Part shown: in pieces, positions 22,900 through 34,120 of the stretch
Layout: each line of letters begins with the position of its first letter
How positions within the stretch are numbered: position 1 is the first letter of the stretch
Notes under the pieces: model-generated
Told to the model about the DNA's origin: nothing
Databases searched by the model: none
What the model saw: only the letters and a program-made list of their open reading frames with translations
Made by a program: the position numbers and the translations under genes
NCBI RefSeq assembly: GCF_036321535.1
Contig: NC_087436.1
Coordinates: forward strand, 114,330,001 to 114,394,000
DNA length: 64,000 nt
Reading direction: 5' to 3'
DNA from: Camelus dromedarius
Lineage: Eukaryota

Positions 22900-24875
22900 A
22901 AGAACCTTTTTGTCAATAAAATTAGATCCAATAACACAGATAATTGAAGCATTTTAAAGTTTTATATTTATATTTATATTTATATTTATAAAATGATTTA
23001 TAAGAAAGGATGAAAATGATGAGGGGAGAAATGGAAGAAATAAAAGAATCAGTGAGGCCTCCTAGACCTGAAATGAAAAACTCATTCTGTGGTATTAATA
23101 ACAGATTACACATGAACAGGAAAAAGATATATCAATACGATCTGAAAACATAGCAATAGGAACTATTCAAACTTAAGGACAAAGGGGAGAAAAGACAGAA
23201 AAAATTTGTTAATATTTTAATTAACAGTAACAATGAGGGACAATACAAAGAAATGTAATATAAATGCAGCTGTAATCTGAAAAAATGAGAGAGGCAGAAA
23301 AGAATATTTACAGAAAATATGGCTGGAATTTTATTCAAATTTGATAGAAAACACAAACACACACAGTCAAAACTTTCAACAATCTCCAAGCAAAACAAAA
23401 ACAAGGAAATCCACGCCAAAGCTAAGCATAATCAAATTGCTATACACCAGTGATAAAGAGAAAAATCTTCAAAAAACCCATAAGTAAAAATGACACATTA
23501 TATTCAGAAAAACAAACATAAGTATGACTGCAGATTTCATATCACAAACAATGCAAGACAAAAGACAATAAAACATCTTTAAAGTGCTGAAAGGGGAAAA
23601 AATGTCATTCTAAATCCAGTGAAAACATCTTTCAAAAGTGAGGAGTAATTTAAAATATTTTCAGATAAGCAAAAACTAGAAGAATTTATTGAGGCTATCT
23701 CCACTACAAGAAATGTTAAAGGAAGTTCTTGGGACAAAAAGAAAATGATACCATATAGAAACCTGGGTCTACTCAAAAGAATTCAGAACTGTTTAATTGA
23801 TAACTATCTGTATAAAAGCAAAAGAAAATTCTCATGTTTCAATTCTTTAGAAGGAAGTTGTTTAAAGAAAAAAGTAAGAGCAACACATCATATAATTTAT
23901 AGCATCTATAAGTGAATTGCATTACAACAATAGTATAATGGTTGGCTAGAACAGAAATAAACTGTTGTAAGGGTCTTACACTGTAAAATTAAAAGGATAC
24001 AAAATGATATAAAGTGCAAACACTGATAATAAGAAAACTGGGTGACTGTATTAACATCAAAGTAGACTTTAGGACAAAGAATATTATGAGTGATAAAGAG
24101 GGACATTTCATTATAACAAAATGTTTAATTTATCAAAAAGAGCCCCAGTCTTAAATGTGTGGACATATAATTAACATAGTTTCAAATTACATGAAGTAAA
24201 CACTGACATAGCTAGAGGAGAAATGAACAGATCCCAGGTATAGTTTGAGATTTCAACACTCTTCTTCTAGTAGTTGATAGACAAATTAAATGCAGTAGAG
24301 TCTAACAGAAGACTTAAACATTTACCTACAACTGGATCTAATTGACATTTATAGCACAAGTACCCAAACAACAGAATATAGATCATTTTCAAGTGTGCAT
24401 GGAAAATTCACTGAGGTGGACCATCTGCTGGGCCATTAAGAGTCTCAATACATTTTAAAGAATGGAAATCATACAGTCTGTTTTCTCTTTCTACAACATA
24501 ATTAAACGAAAAGTCAAAAACAGAAAAATATCAGGAAAATCTCAAATATCTGGGAAAACAATCACTTCAAAATAACTCATTTTTCAAAAAGAAATTGAAA
24601 CAAGGAAAATTAGAAAATATTTCAAAAATGCATGAAACGTACTATATCAAAATCTGTGAGATGCAAAAAAAGCAGTGCTTAGACAAAATTTTATAACATC
24701 AAACACTTATATTGTCAAAATTTTTACATGTCCAAGATCAGATATCTTAACTAATAAATTAAAAATAAGAAATCCAAAGTACAACAAAGGATGTTATAAA
24801 AATTTAAATTAATAAAATTAAAAAAACAAAGAAAAACTAAAGAAATCATAAACTTCTTGTTTAAAAAAAATCAAT
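22900..24875 (+). mobile_element. Ancient L1M relic 1 (ORF1 remnant plus ORF2 endonuclease region)
   Basis: A-rich. ORF1-like 'gactgcagatttcatatcacaaacaatgcaag' and 'atattttcagataagcaaaaact'; ORF2 EN-like 'aaagtagactttagg', 'atctaattgacatttatag', 'atcaaaatctgtgagatgca'. No intact ORF. Confidence 0.8.
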
Positions 24876-24898
24876 ATAAACAAGGCATAGCAATTTGT

Positions 24899-25730
24899 CC
24901 TCACACCAGTCAGAATGGCCATCATTCAAAAATCCACAAATGACAAATGCTGGAGAGGCTGTGGAGAAAAGGGAACCCTCCTACACTGCTGGTGGGAATG
25001 CAGTTTGGTGCAGCCACTGTGGAAAACAGTATGGAGATTCCTCAAAAGACTAGGAATACACTTACCGTATGACCCAGGAATCCCGCTCCTGGGCATATAT
25101 CCAGAAGGAACCCTACTTCAAAAAGACACCTGCACCCCAGTGTTCATAGCAGCACTATTCACAATAGCCAAGACATGGAAACAGCCTAAATGTCCATCAA
25201 CAGATGACTGGATAAAGAAGAGGTGGTATATTTATACAATGGAATACTATTCAGCCATAAAAACCAACAACATAGCACCATTTGCAGCAACATGGATGCT
25301 CCTGGAGAATGTCATTCTAAGTGAAGTAAGCCAGAAAAAGAAAGAAAAATACCATATGAGATCGCTCATATGTGGAATCTAAAAAAAAAAAAAAAAAAAA
25401 CCAACAACAAAAACAAACAAAGCATAAATACAAAACAGAAACAGACTCATAGACATAGAATACAAACTTGTGGTTGCCAAGGGGGCGGAGTGTGGGAAGG
25501 GATAGATGGGATTTCAAAATTGTAGAATAGATAAACAAGATTATACTGTATAGCAGGGGGAAATATACTCAAGATCTTATGGTAGCTCACAGAGAAAAAA
25601 TGTGACAATGAATATATGTATGTTCGTGTATAACTGAAAAGTTGTGCTCTACACTGGGATTTAACACAACATTGTGAAATGATTATAAATCAATAAAAAA
25701 TTTTAAAAAAAAGTGATGGGAAGAAAAAAA
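24899..25730 (+). mobile_element. Young L1, 5'-truncated, copy B
   Basis: Close match to copies A and D. Imperfect TSD aatttgtc (24892-24899) / attttgtc (25732-25739). Confidence 0.95.
24915..25382 (+). pseudogene. L1 ORF2p C-terminal remnant (cysteine-rich zinc-knuckle region), open 155-aa frame, no EN or RT domain
   Basis: [29 protein letters not shown]...[14 protein letters not shown]...[10 protein letters not shown]...SLICGI*, the standard mammalian ORF2p C-terminus. Confidence 0.9.
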
Positions 25731-26334
25731 AATTTTGTCATTATATATGCACCTAACAAGAGAATTCGAAAAAAAAAAAATGAAGGAAAAACAGACAGAA
25801 TTAATGGCAAAAATAAGCAATTGAAAAATAACAGGTAGGGACTCAAGTAACACCCCACTTTTAATAATAGATAGAACAAATAGGCAGAATATCAAAGGGG
25901 AAATGGAAGACTTGAACAATGCTAACTACACTTAACAGACATCTATAGAATGCTACACCCAACAATGACAGAATACACACTCTTATAAAGCATATAATAA
26001 AGCATTCTCCAGAATAGACCATAAGTCAATTGATAAAATAAGCTTCAGTTAATTGAAAAGGATTGAAATTATACAAAGCGTGATTCCATCACAATGGAAT
26101 AAAACTAGAAATCAATCACAAAAATAAACCTGATAAGTTCACATATTTAAGTTCACAAATATGTGACAATTAATCAACACATGCCACATAATTAATGGGT
26201 CAAAGAAGAAGTCACAAGGAATATTAGAAAATACTTTGAGATGAATGTAAACAGAAACACAACATACCAAAATGTATTTTTCTAAAGCAGTGCTTAGAGA
26301 AAAATTGATAGCTGTAAATGCCTATACCTTTAAA

Positions 26335-26370
26335 ATACATATATATATACACACACACACATATATATAT
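26335..26370. repeat. (TA)n(CA)n(TA)n microsatellite
   Basis: 'atatatatatacacacacacacacatatatatat'. Confidence 0.9.
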
Positions 26371-28756
26371 CAATTAAGTAAATCAACTTTCCATCTTAAG
26401 AAACAAAAAATAAAAAAAAAAGAAGAGTAAACTGAAACCAAAGTAAGCAGGGTAAGGAAATAATAAAGACTAGAGACAAAATAAAGCAAATAGAGAATAG
26501 GAAAACAGCAGAGAAAAATCAACAAAAGCAAAAACTATTTCTTTAAAAAGCCAATAAAATTGACAAACCTTTAGTTAGACTGATACAGAGAGAGAAGAGA
26601 GAACAAATTACTAAAAAGTTTATGAAGAATGAACGATAGGACATCGCTACCTACTTTACAGAAATGAAAAAGATCATAAGGGATTGCTATAAACAAAGTA
26701 CGTAACCAAGATGAAATCAGCAAAATCCTAGAAAGATACAAACTACTGAAACTGGCTCAGGAAGAAAATAGAAAATAATAACAGACTTACAGCAAATTAA
26801 AAGATTAAATAAGTTATTTTAAAACTTCTTGCAAAAAAAAAAAATCCTGCAAGAAGGATTTATTATTGTCTTTATTGATCAATATGACAAGTGCTTAAAG
26901 ATGAATTAATACCAACCCTCAATCTTTCACAAACTGTTTCAAAAAATAGAAGATAAAACATTCCCCAACTTATTCTGTAAAGCCATTTTTATCCTAATAC
27001 CGAAATCAAAGATATATCACAAGAATATAAAACTACGGACCAACGGCCCTTATGAATACAGATACTCAACAAAATGCCAGCAAACGGAATCCAACAACAT
27101 GTAAAAAAGGGTTATAAACCATGACTTATCCCAGAAATGCAGTTGGTTCAATATATGAAAATCAATCGATGCAATACATCTTATTAATAGAATAAGCATA
27201 TAACCACATGACCATCTCAAAAGACAGAAAAAAATTATGACAAAATGTAAGCCCTTTCATGATTAAAAAAAAAAAACTAAGCAAACTAGAAATAGAAGGA
27301 AATGTCCTCAACCTGATGAAGGCATCTAGCCACAATTAGTATGACACTTAATGACAAAAGACAAAGCTTTTTCTCTAAGAGTAGGAACAAGACAAGGATG
27401 TCTACTCTCTGACACTTTCATTTCAATATTGTACAAGAGGTTCTAGCCAGAGCAAATTAGGCAAGAAGCAGAAATAAAAGGATCCAGATTGGAAAGCAAG
27501 AAGTCTATGTCTGTTCACAAATGATTTAATTGTGTATATAGAAAATCCTAAGGAATCAATTAAAAATTTTTCTAACTAGTAAATGAGTTCAGCAACATTG
27601 CATAACAAAAAGCCATTTATTAATAAAGCCTCTGATACATAGAAATATTGCCTAACCTTAGTTAAATTATCCAGACTCATGTGCCTTTGCGTCTTCATAG
27701 CAAAATGAAAATAATCTTACCAGCTTCTCTGACTTCAAAAGATTCAACAACACATCTATGGATTGCATAGTCTGTAGTCTGATACAATGTATGCAGAAGT
27801 CCCTAAGGCAGTGCTGGATACTTAATACAGGCTCAGAAGTGTTAGCTTCTTGTTTCCTTCATCATTTAGCTCACTATTTTGCCCATTAAAGATGATGGTT
27901 AATAACAATACTTTTATGAAGTGCAAATGTCCCAGCACAGTTGGATTACCCGACATATACACATGGGAATAAGCTACTCGAAAACAGTTTGTCTCCTAAT
28001 ACCTAGCAAAGCTCAGCCAGGAGTGGATATTATATTATCAGAAGGGACATTATCATCTTCTTTCCCCTGCTCTTACCTCCATGTGGTCCACATCACACTC
28101 TAGCTCCAGAATCTACCAGTCCTGGGGATTAAACACCCTGGGTCCCTCCAGTTGAGGCGAAAGAGGTGAAAGAAAAGGGATAAACACTAGAGCAAGAAGG
28201 AAGATTTAGAGTTCCCACCTGCGCCCTGTCAAGTTACACTCACTACACTCTGTCCCCTGAGAGACGAATATGTCTTCTTCCTTCCACTATACCTCCTCTT
28301 CCCTCTTCCCCCACCAAAAAAAGAAAAGGAAGTAAGGAAGAGTGGTTGGAAGGAAGCTGGAAGTAAAGGTAAGCCTACTTTTTAAAGAAAAAGCTCTATG
28401 ACAAGGACCATAAAGAACATGGAGCTTCAAGCTCACACAAACAGGACGGAAGAACAGAAGATGGCACTGATGAGACAAGACCGAAGAATTATACGTAAAA
28501 CTGCCACAGGTCTCTTCCCTATGTTTTCTCCCAGTGCTGCCAGACCCTAGTGGCCTTATGTTTTCTTCACTCACTAGTACCCAAAGGGTCATGTAGGGCA
28601 GGAAAGAAGGAGAGGAAGGGACAAAGGAAACTGTCCAAGCTAACCTCCAAAGTCTTATATTCAAGGGGCACCGCTACTCCATTGATGTCACATGGTCCAG
28701 CCCAGCCCACAAAGGAGTTTGGGACCAAAGCCCAGACAAATAGTGACAGTGTCTTC

Positions 28757-29157
28757 TGCTGGGATGCCCCCTGTGAATGTGACGTTATTTGGAAGTAGGG
28801 TTTTATAGATGATAAGGTTAAAAAAGTCATTAAGTTGAGCCCTAATCCAATATACCTGGTGTACTTATTAAAAAGAGGAAATTTGAGCACAGAGACAGAC
28901 ACACCCATAGAGGGAACATCACGTGAAGCTGAAGGCAGAGATCAGGGTTACACATAAGCCAAAGGACACCTAAGGTTGCCAGCAAAGCGCAGTATCGAGG
29001 GGAAGGGCCTAGAACAGATTGCAGCCTCAGAAGAAGCCAGCTCTGCTGACACCTTGGTCCTGAACTTCCAGCCTCTAGAACCATGAGATCACACATGTCC
29101 GCGGTGTGGGCCCCCGTGTACGGCACTTTGTCATGGCAGCCCTAGCAAGCGCATGCA
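28757..29157 (+). mobile_element. MaLR solo LTR (MLT1B/C-like)
   Basis: 'gaatgtgacgttatttggaagtagggt...gccctaatccaata...aagaggaaatttg...acaccttggtcctgaacttccagcctctagaacc...ggcagccctagcaa'. Confidence 0.9.
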
Positions 29158-29404
29158 GCCTTTGCCGCAGGCAATGGGACAAGGACGCAGGGGCTCAGGC
29201 TCTCAGCCACGTCTTCCTCAGGAGGCTTATAAACCAAACACCCCTTGCTCGGCTTCAGCCTTTGTCACCAGAGACCTCTTCCTCTCCTTCCTGGTTCCCC
29301 CCTCCCCCCGGAAGGATGATCAAAGTCATTTTCTCATCCACCTTGTCCTGATCTTAAACTAGGCCAGCCCTCCCAGGTCCCAGTCCTAGAGGCGCGTTCT
29401 GCTC

Positions 29405-29630
29405 CAAGAGCAGTGCACACCTCTGCAGTTCACATCTGAGTTCCAGGGTCAGACAGACTGTGTTCCCACCCTCACCTTCCGCATCCCAGCTCTGTGACTT
29501 TGAGCAGGTACCTCAACTGCTCTCTGCCTCCATTCCCAGGACAGCAGAGCCTGCCACATGGGGAGGTTCTGAGAAGCACACAAATACAGTGTCTGGCACA
29601 GAGCTATTGGCCATTAAATATTTGCCTAAC
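29405..29630 (+). mobile_element. MIR SINE
   Basis: 'agctctgtgactttgagcaggtacctcaactgctctctgcctc...acagtgtctggcacagag'. Confidence 0.7.
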
Positions 29631-30434
29631 AAATGCCTGGAAGGACAGCTACCGTTATGTGCAATCATCCCAGGTTCCACCCCCTCCATCCAAGAGGTGG
29701 GCTCATTATCTCAGCACTGGAAAAAACTTTGGCCTTCCCTTCTGATTTGATTTTTGGCCCTCCACACTATTCCTCCCCGCTTGCTCCTTCTGAGATTTTG
29801 GCTTCTCCTACAAGTCCAGGCCCAACCTCAAAACCCCTTCTGCTGGGCCAACCCAGGATGCCTCTTCAAAACTTCCAAGGGAAAGACAATGATAATAGAT
29901 ACACCACCCAAACCTACTCGGAAAGCCCTAGGCCCCACGGAAAAGGCCCTTAAGGAGGTTACGTAAGTGTTGTCTGTGGAGGTGGGCCCAGGAAATAAAA
30001 AGATGAGTAGGTGTCTATGCTGGCAGGCTTGCAGCGAAAGGAAAGTGTAATCAATGTCACCACTCAGTGTAAGGTTCAGAGCTCGTGATGCTGGTCAGAC
30101 CAAAACAAGCCTGGGATCAAAGTGTCCCAGTTGTCGTGCTCCGGCAAGCACAGTGCAGAGATGCGACTGTGCATCCAGCAGGCTTTGATGCGTCTGACGC
30201 CACACCTCTTCACCCACAGGGAGGGCCCTGTCAGAACAGATGACCAACTGACTCCCACAGACGGGGGCTGTGAGAGTCATCTTGGGGAAATTGAGGCCCC
30301 AGCTGCTGAGATGAACAACTTCAAAGCTGAGAGTTTGCCAGGGACAATTTTGTGTGCAGTAGAAGAATTTCCGCTGGCTTCTGCTCTGCTTGTTCTGAGC
30401 AGCAAACCAGAGCCTCGCGTGGCCTTGCCTACAA

Positions 30435-30650
30435 CAGTGCCTCCCAGCGAGGGGAGGAGACATTGCCTCTCAGGGGACGTTTAGAAATGTCTGGAGGTGG
30501 TTGTCGTAACTGGGGGAGGGAGTACCACTGACATCTAGTGGGTGCAGGCCGGGGTGTTGTTCAGTGTCCAACTGTGCGCAGAACAGCCCTACACAGCAAA
30601 GACTTACCCAGTCTAAAACACCACTAGTGCCTTTCAGCTGAGAAGCTCTG
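30435..30650. mobile_element. hAT-Charlie MITE (MER20-like)
   Basis: 'caggggacgtttagaaatgtctggag...ttgtcgtaactgggg...actgacatctagtgggtgcaggcc...gctgagaagctctg'. Confidence 0.85.
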
Positions 30651-31260
30651 TCTTATAAGGAAGGACCAGGATTATTTCCATGGCTTTCACGGAACATTGT
30701 GCCATAACCAGGCCCAGTCTGGGCGACCTGCATCACTATCGATGATCGCCTACCATAAAAATGACTCACTCACCTTTCCACTGGGCTGGCTTTCTTTTTC
30801 AAGCCCTCTATATCAGCTGAGACAGCTTTCCATGGAAAAAGGAAAATTAAAGTCAGACAGCCTGTCCAACTAAATCATCTACGTGTAGGGCATGGATGGA
30901 GAGGCCATGACCAGCAAATGGAGCCAAGATTGGTAGGAAAGAGTAAAAGGGTTTAAGGAAGAGCTTGAGAAGCAGACTGTGGAGAAATTCCATAAAAATG
31001 GAGTATGGCCATCACTGCTTTTTTGTCTGGTTTTAAAATACTTATTAGCAAAAAGTTACATATACCAGAGTAGAGAGAAAAATACAGTGAAACTCCATGT
31101 ATCTGTTTTCAGCATTCAACAATTACCAATTCATGATACACTTTATTTCATTTATATCTTTCCCATTCTCTAACCCCTGATAATTTCAAAGCATTCTTCA
31201 GACATAATATTACTTCATCTATAAACAGTTCAGAATATCTCTCTCAAAAACAATATCTCT

Positions 31261-31412
31261 TTCTTTCTTTCTTTCTTTTTTTTTTTTTTTTGTTGTTGGG
31301 GGAGGTAATTAGGTTCATTTATTTATTTATTCTTAGAGGAAGTACTGGGGATTGAACCCAGGACTTCATGCATACTAAGCATGCAATCTATCAATTGAGC
31401 TATATCCTCCCC
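31261..31412 (-). mobile_element. Camelid tRNA-derived SINE (vic-1 type)
   Basis: Reverse complement: ggggaggatatagctcaattgatagattgcatgcttagtatgcatgaagtcctgggttcaatccccagtac...cctaattacctccccc plus A-tail. TSD core tctctttc on both sides. Confidence 0.85.
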
Positions 31413-32162
31413 TCAAGGTGTCTCTTTCAATGCATGTTCACAATCACATTATCATGTCTAGAAAATTAATATTAATGCCATATCCAGTCTGTTCACAATT
31501 CCTCCATTTCCTTATTACATTGATTAGTATGTCTTTTCAATTTATTTTAACCTATGGGCTTCTTCTACCTCTTTTGTTTTTCCTTACAATTTACTTGTTG
31601 AAATAATATATAATTTTGCCAGTAGAGTCTCCCACACTCTAGATTTTGCCAAGGGCATGCTGTGGTGGTGTTTAATATGTTCCTCTGTCCCCTGTTTCTC
31701 CTGAAAACTATCAGTTTGATTCAGAGGTTTGATCACACTCAGGTTCAATTTTTTGTGACTTCTCATGGCATGATGAGGCTTCATCAGAGGCATCTAATGT
31801 CTGATTGCCTCTGCTTACATGATGTTAAGATTGATCAGTGGGTTTCAGTGTTATCCTCCTGATCCATCTTCCATAATGTTCCCCATTAGCATTTCACCTA
31901 ATGAGGTCAGTAACCATTGACAATCATGATCTATACCTATTATTTCATTAGGAGTTGCAAAATAGTGATGGTCTAATCTTAAATTTTTTTCTTAATTTAT
32001 TAACAGGAATAATTTTATAAAGGATAATCTTTCCTATGCCAACTATTTAGTTGTACTGAGGTAAATGAAATATAGGATAAACGCTTCACATTTTCCTTTA
32101 TTTACCAATTTTCTCAATAATTATTTCGGTCCCTGGAATCCTCCAAAAGTAACCAATGACTT

Positions 32163-33081
32163 TTTTATTGGAGTATAGTCGGTTTACAATATTGTGTTAA
32201 TTTATGGTGTACAGCAGAGTGATTCAGTTACATATATATGTATGTATATTTCTTTGCATATTCTTTGTCATTATAGGTTACTACAAGGTGTTGAATAGAG
32301 TTTCATGTGCTGCACAGAAGGACCTTGCTGTGCATCTATTTTGTGTATAATAGTATCTGCAAATATCAAACTCCCAATTTATCTCTCCACCCCCACCTTT
32401 CCCCCTTCGTAACTACAAGTTTGTTTTCTACTTCTGTGAGTTTGTTTCTGTTTTGTAGATAAGTTCGTTAGCTCATTTTTTTTTAGATTCCACATATAAA
32501 TGATATAAGGTATTTTTCTTTCTCTTTTTGGTTTATTTCACTTAGTAGTAGTATAATCTTCAGGTTTACGTATGTTGCTGCAAATGACATTATTATTTTA
32601 TTTTTTGTGGGTGAGTAGTATTCCATTGTATATATATATACCACAACTTCTTTATCCAGTCATCTATGAATGGACATTTATGTTGCTTCCATGTATTGGC
32701 TATTGCAAATAGTGCTGCTATGAATATTGGGGTGCATGTATCTTTTCAAATTAGAGTTTCATCTCTATAAATGCCCAAGAGGGGGATTGCTAGATCATAT
32801 GGTAAGCCTGTTTTTTGTCTTTTGAGGAATCTCCATACTGTTTTCCATAATGGCTGCACCAAAGTACATTCCTACCAGCAGTGTAAAAGTTTGTTCCCTT
32901 TTCTCCACAGCCTCTCCCTCATTTATTGTTTGTGGGCTTTTGAATGATGGCCATTCTGACTGGTGTGAGGTGATACCTCATTGTAGTTTTGATTTGCATT
33001 TGTCTAACAGTCAGCGATACTGAGCATTTTCTTCATGTGCTATTGGCCGTTTGTGTGTCTTCACTGGAGAAATGTTTGTTT
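32163..33081 (-). mobile_element. L1 3' fragment (older artiodactyl-type subfamily), copy C
   Basis: Antisense ORF2 end 'ggccattctgactggtgtgaggtgatacctcattgtagttttgatttgcat'. Perfect 11-bp TSD accaatgactt at 32152-32162 and 33082-33092. Confidence 0.95.
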
Positions 33082-33879
33082 ACCAATGACTTCTTTTTAA
33101 ATATTATTATGCGCTCAGAGATTTCTAACTTATTTGATGTATTTCAATATATTGCAGCTATTATTCTTTCTGATGTTTAAAGTTTATATTTAGCCATTGG
33201 AACTACTTAGGGGCAACTTCACATTTCTCCTAAGTCATTTGAGCATGGCCCCAAGAGCCTTAGATAGCTTTCTTACTTTATGGCGTGACAAGATGTCACA
33301 GACTCAGCTAATACATTTCCTGTCTCAAACCTGTAATCATCCATTTCTCCAAGAAACCTCAGCTCTTGTGAGCAATGTTATTTGGAGACCACAATTTGGG
33401 TGTGAAGGGTCCTCATTGCTACTGGGTTGACCATCCTTTCTAGGCTTTTCCAGTGGACAGAGCTAACAACTTTTTTTCATATAAAATGTATCAGGATTCA
33501 TTTTACATGTATTTTTTTGTCTCTAATGAGGAGAACTTCAGTTCCTAGTGACACTGGAATTGTTACTTATAGTACATATATAAGTGTGTGTGTCTGTATC
33601 TTTATATGACAAAGAAGGGACCTGATCAGAGACTTTATTCTCATGACAGTGGGAGGGTAGTGAGACACCAGCAGGAGGGGTACTTAAAGTGGAGCTGCTG
33701 GAAGAGGGCAAGGAAAGATGAAGGACAGAAGGGGCATTAAGGAGTAAGGGAGTCTTCATATAGAATATACTCTGAAGGCAAAATTGCAAGGTCTTGTGCA
33801 TAAGGTAAAAATGTTTACATACCTGCAGACAACTCCCTAAGAGTAAGACACTATGAAATCACATTCCTTGATCACCACC

Positions 33880-34120
33880 CACAGTAAGAAAACTTATACA
33901 GCATATCAGGTACTAAGCATTGTTCTAAGTAATCACTGTATAAACTAATTGAATCCCACAAAAACATCAAGAGATGGGCATCATTATTATTATTACCACC
34001 ATCTTATAAAAGAGAAAATTAAAATACAAAGAGGTTAAACCACTTGTCCAAGGTGAAATTACTAGTAAGTAGGAGAGCCAAAATCCAACCTGGGCATTTT
34101 GACCTCAGAGCACCATCATG
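33880..34120 (-). mobile_element. MIR SINE
   Basis: 'gcattgttctaagt...agaggttaaaccacttgtccaaggtg...tagtaagtaggagagcc'. Confidence 0.75.

Larger units (their letters stand above)
24876..27620 (+). mobile_element. Ancient L1M relic 2 (ORF2 EN to RT region), split by young L1 copy B
   Basis: 'aaggcatagcaatttgtc|attatatatgcacctaac' joins across the young L1. Also 'taaaattgacaaacctttag', 'ggaacaagacaaggatgtctactctc', 'gaaaatcctaaggaatc', 'aaatgagttcagcaa'. Confidence 0.8.
31040..33590 (-). mobile_element. Ancient L1MC/L1ME 3' relic carrying a nested SINE and a nested L1
   Basis: Antisense L1M 3' motifs 'agtagagagaaaatacagtgaaactccatgtat', 'ctagattttgccaag', 'catttctccaagaaacct'. The sequence resumes after the TSD at 33092. 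Confidence 0.65.

Noticed and set aside
28077..28186. Minus-strand exon-like segment (110 nt; GAG|gtaaga)
   Set aside because: The splice motifs are plausible, but the body is pyrimidine-rich, not frame-preserving and unsupported.
30076..30484. Overlapping 120-122 aa ORFs on both strands
   Set aside because: No recognisable domain, the 3' part runs into MER20, and such ORFs are expected by chance in GC-richer DNA.
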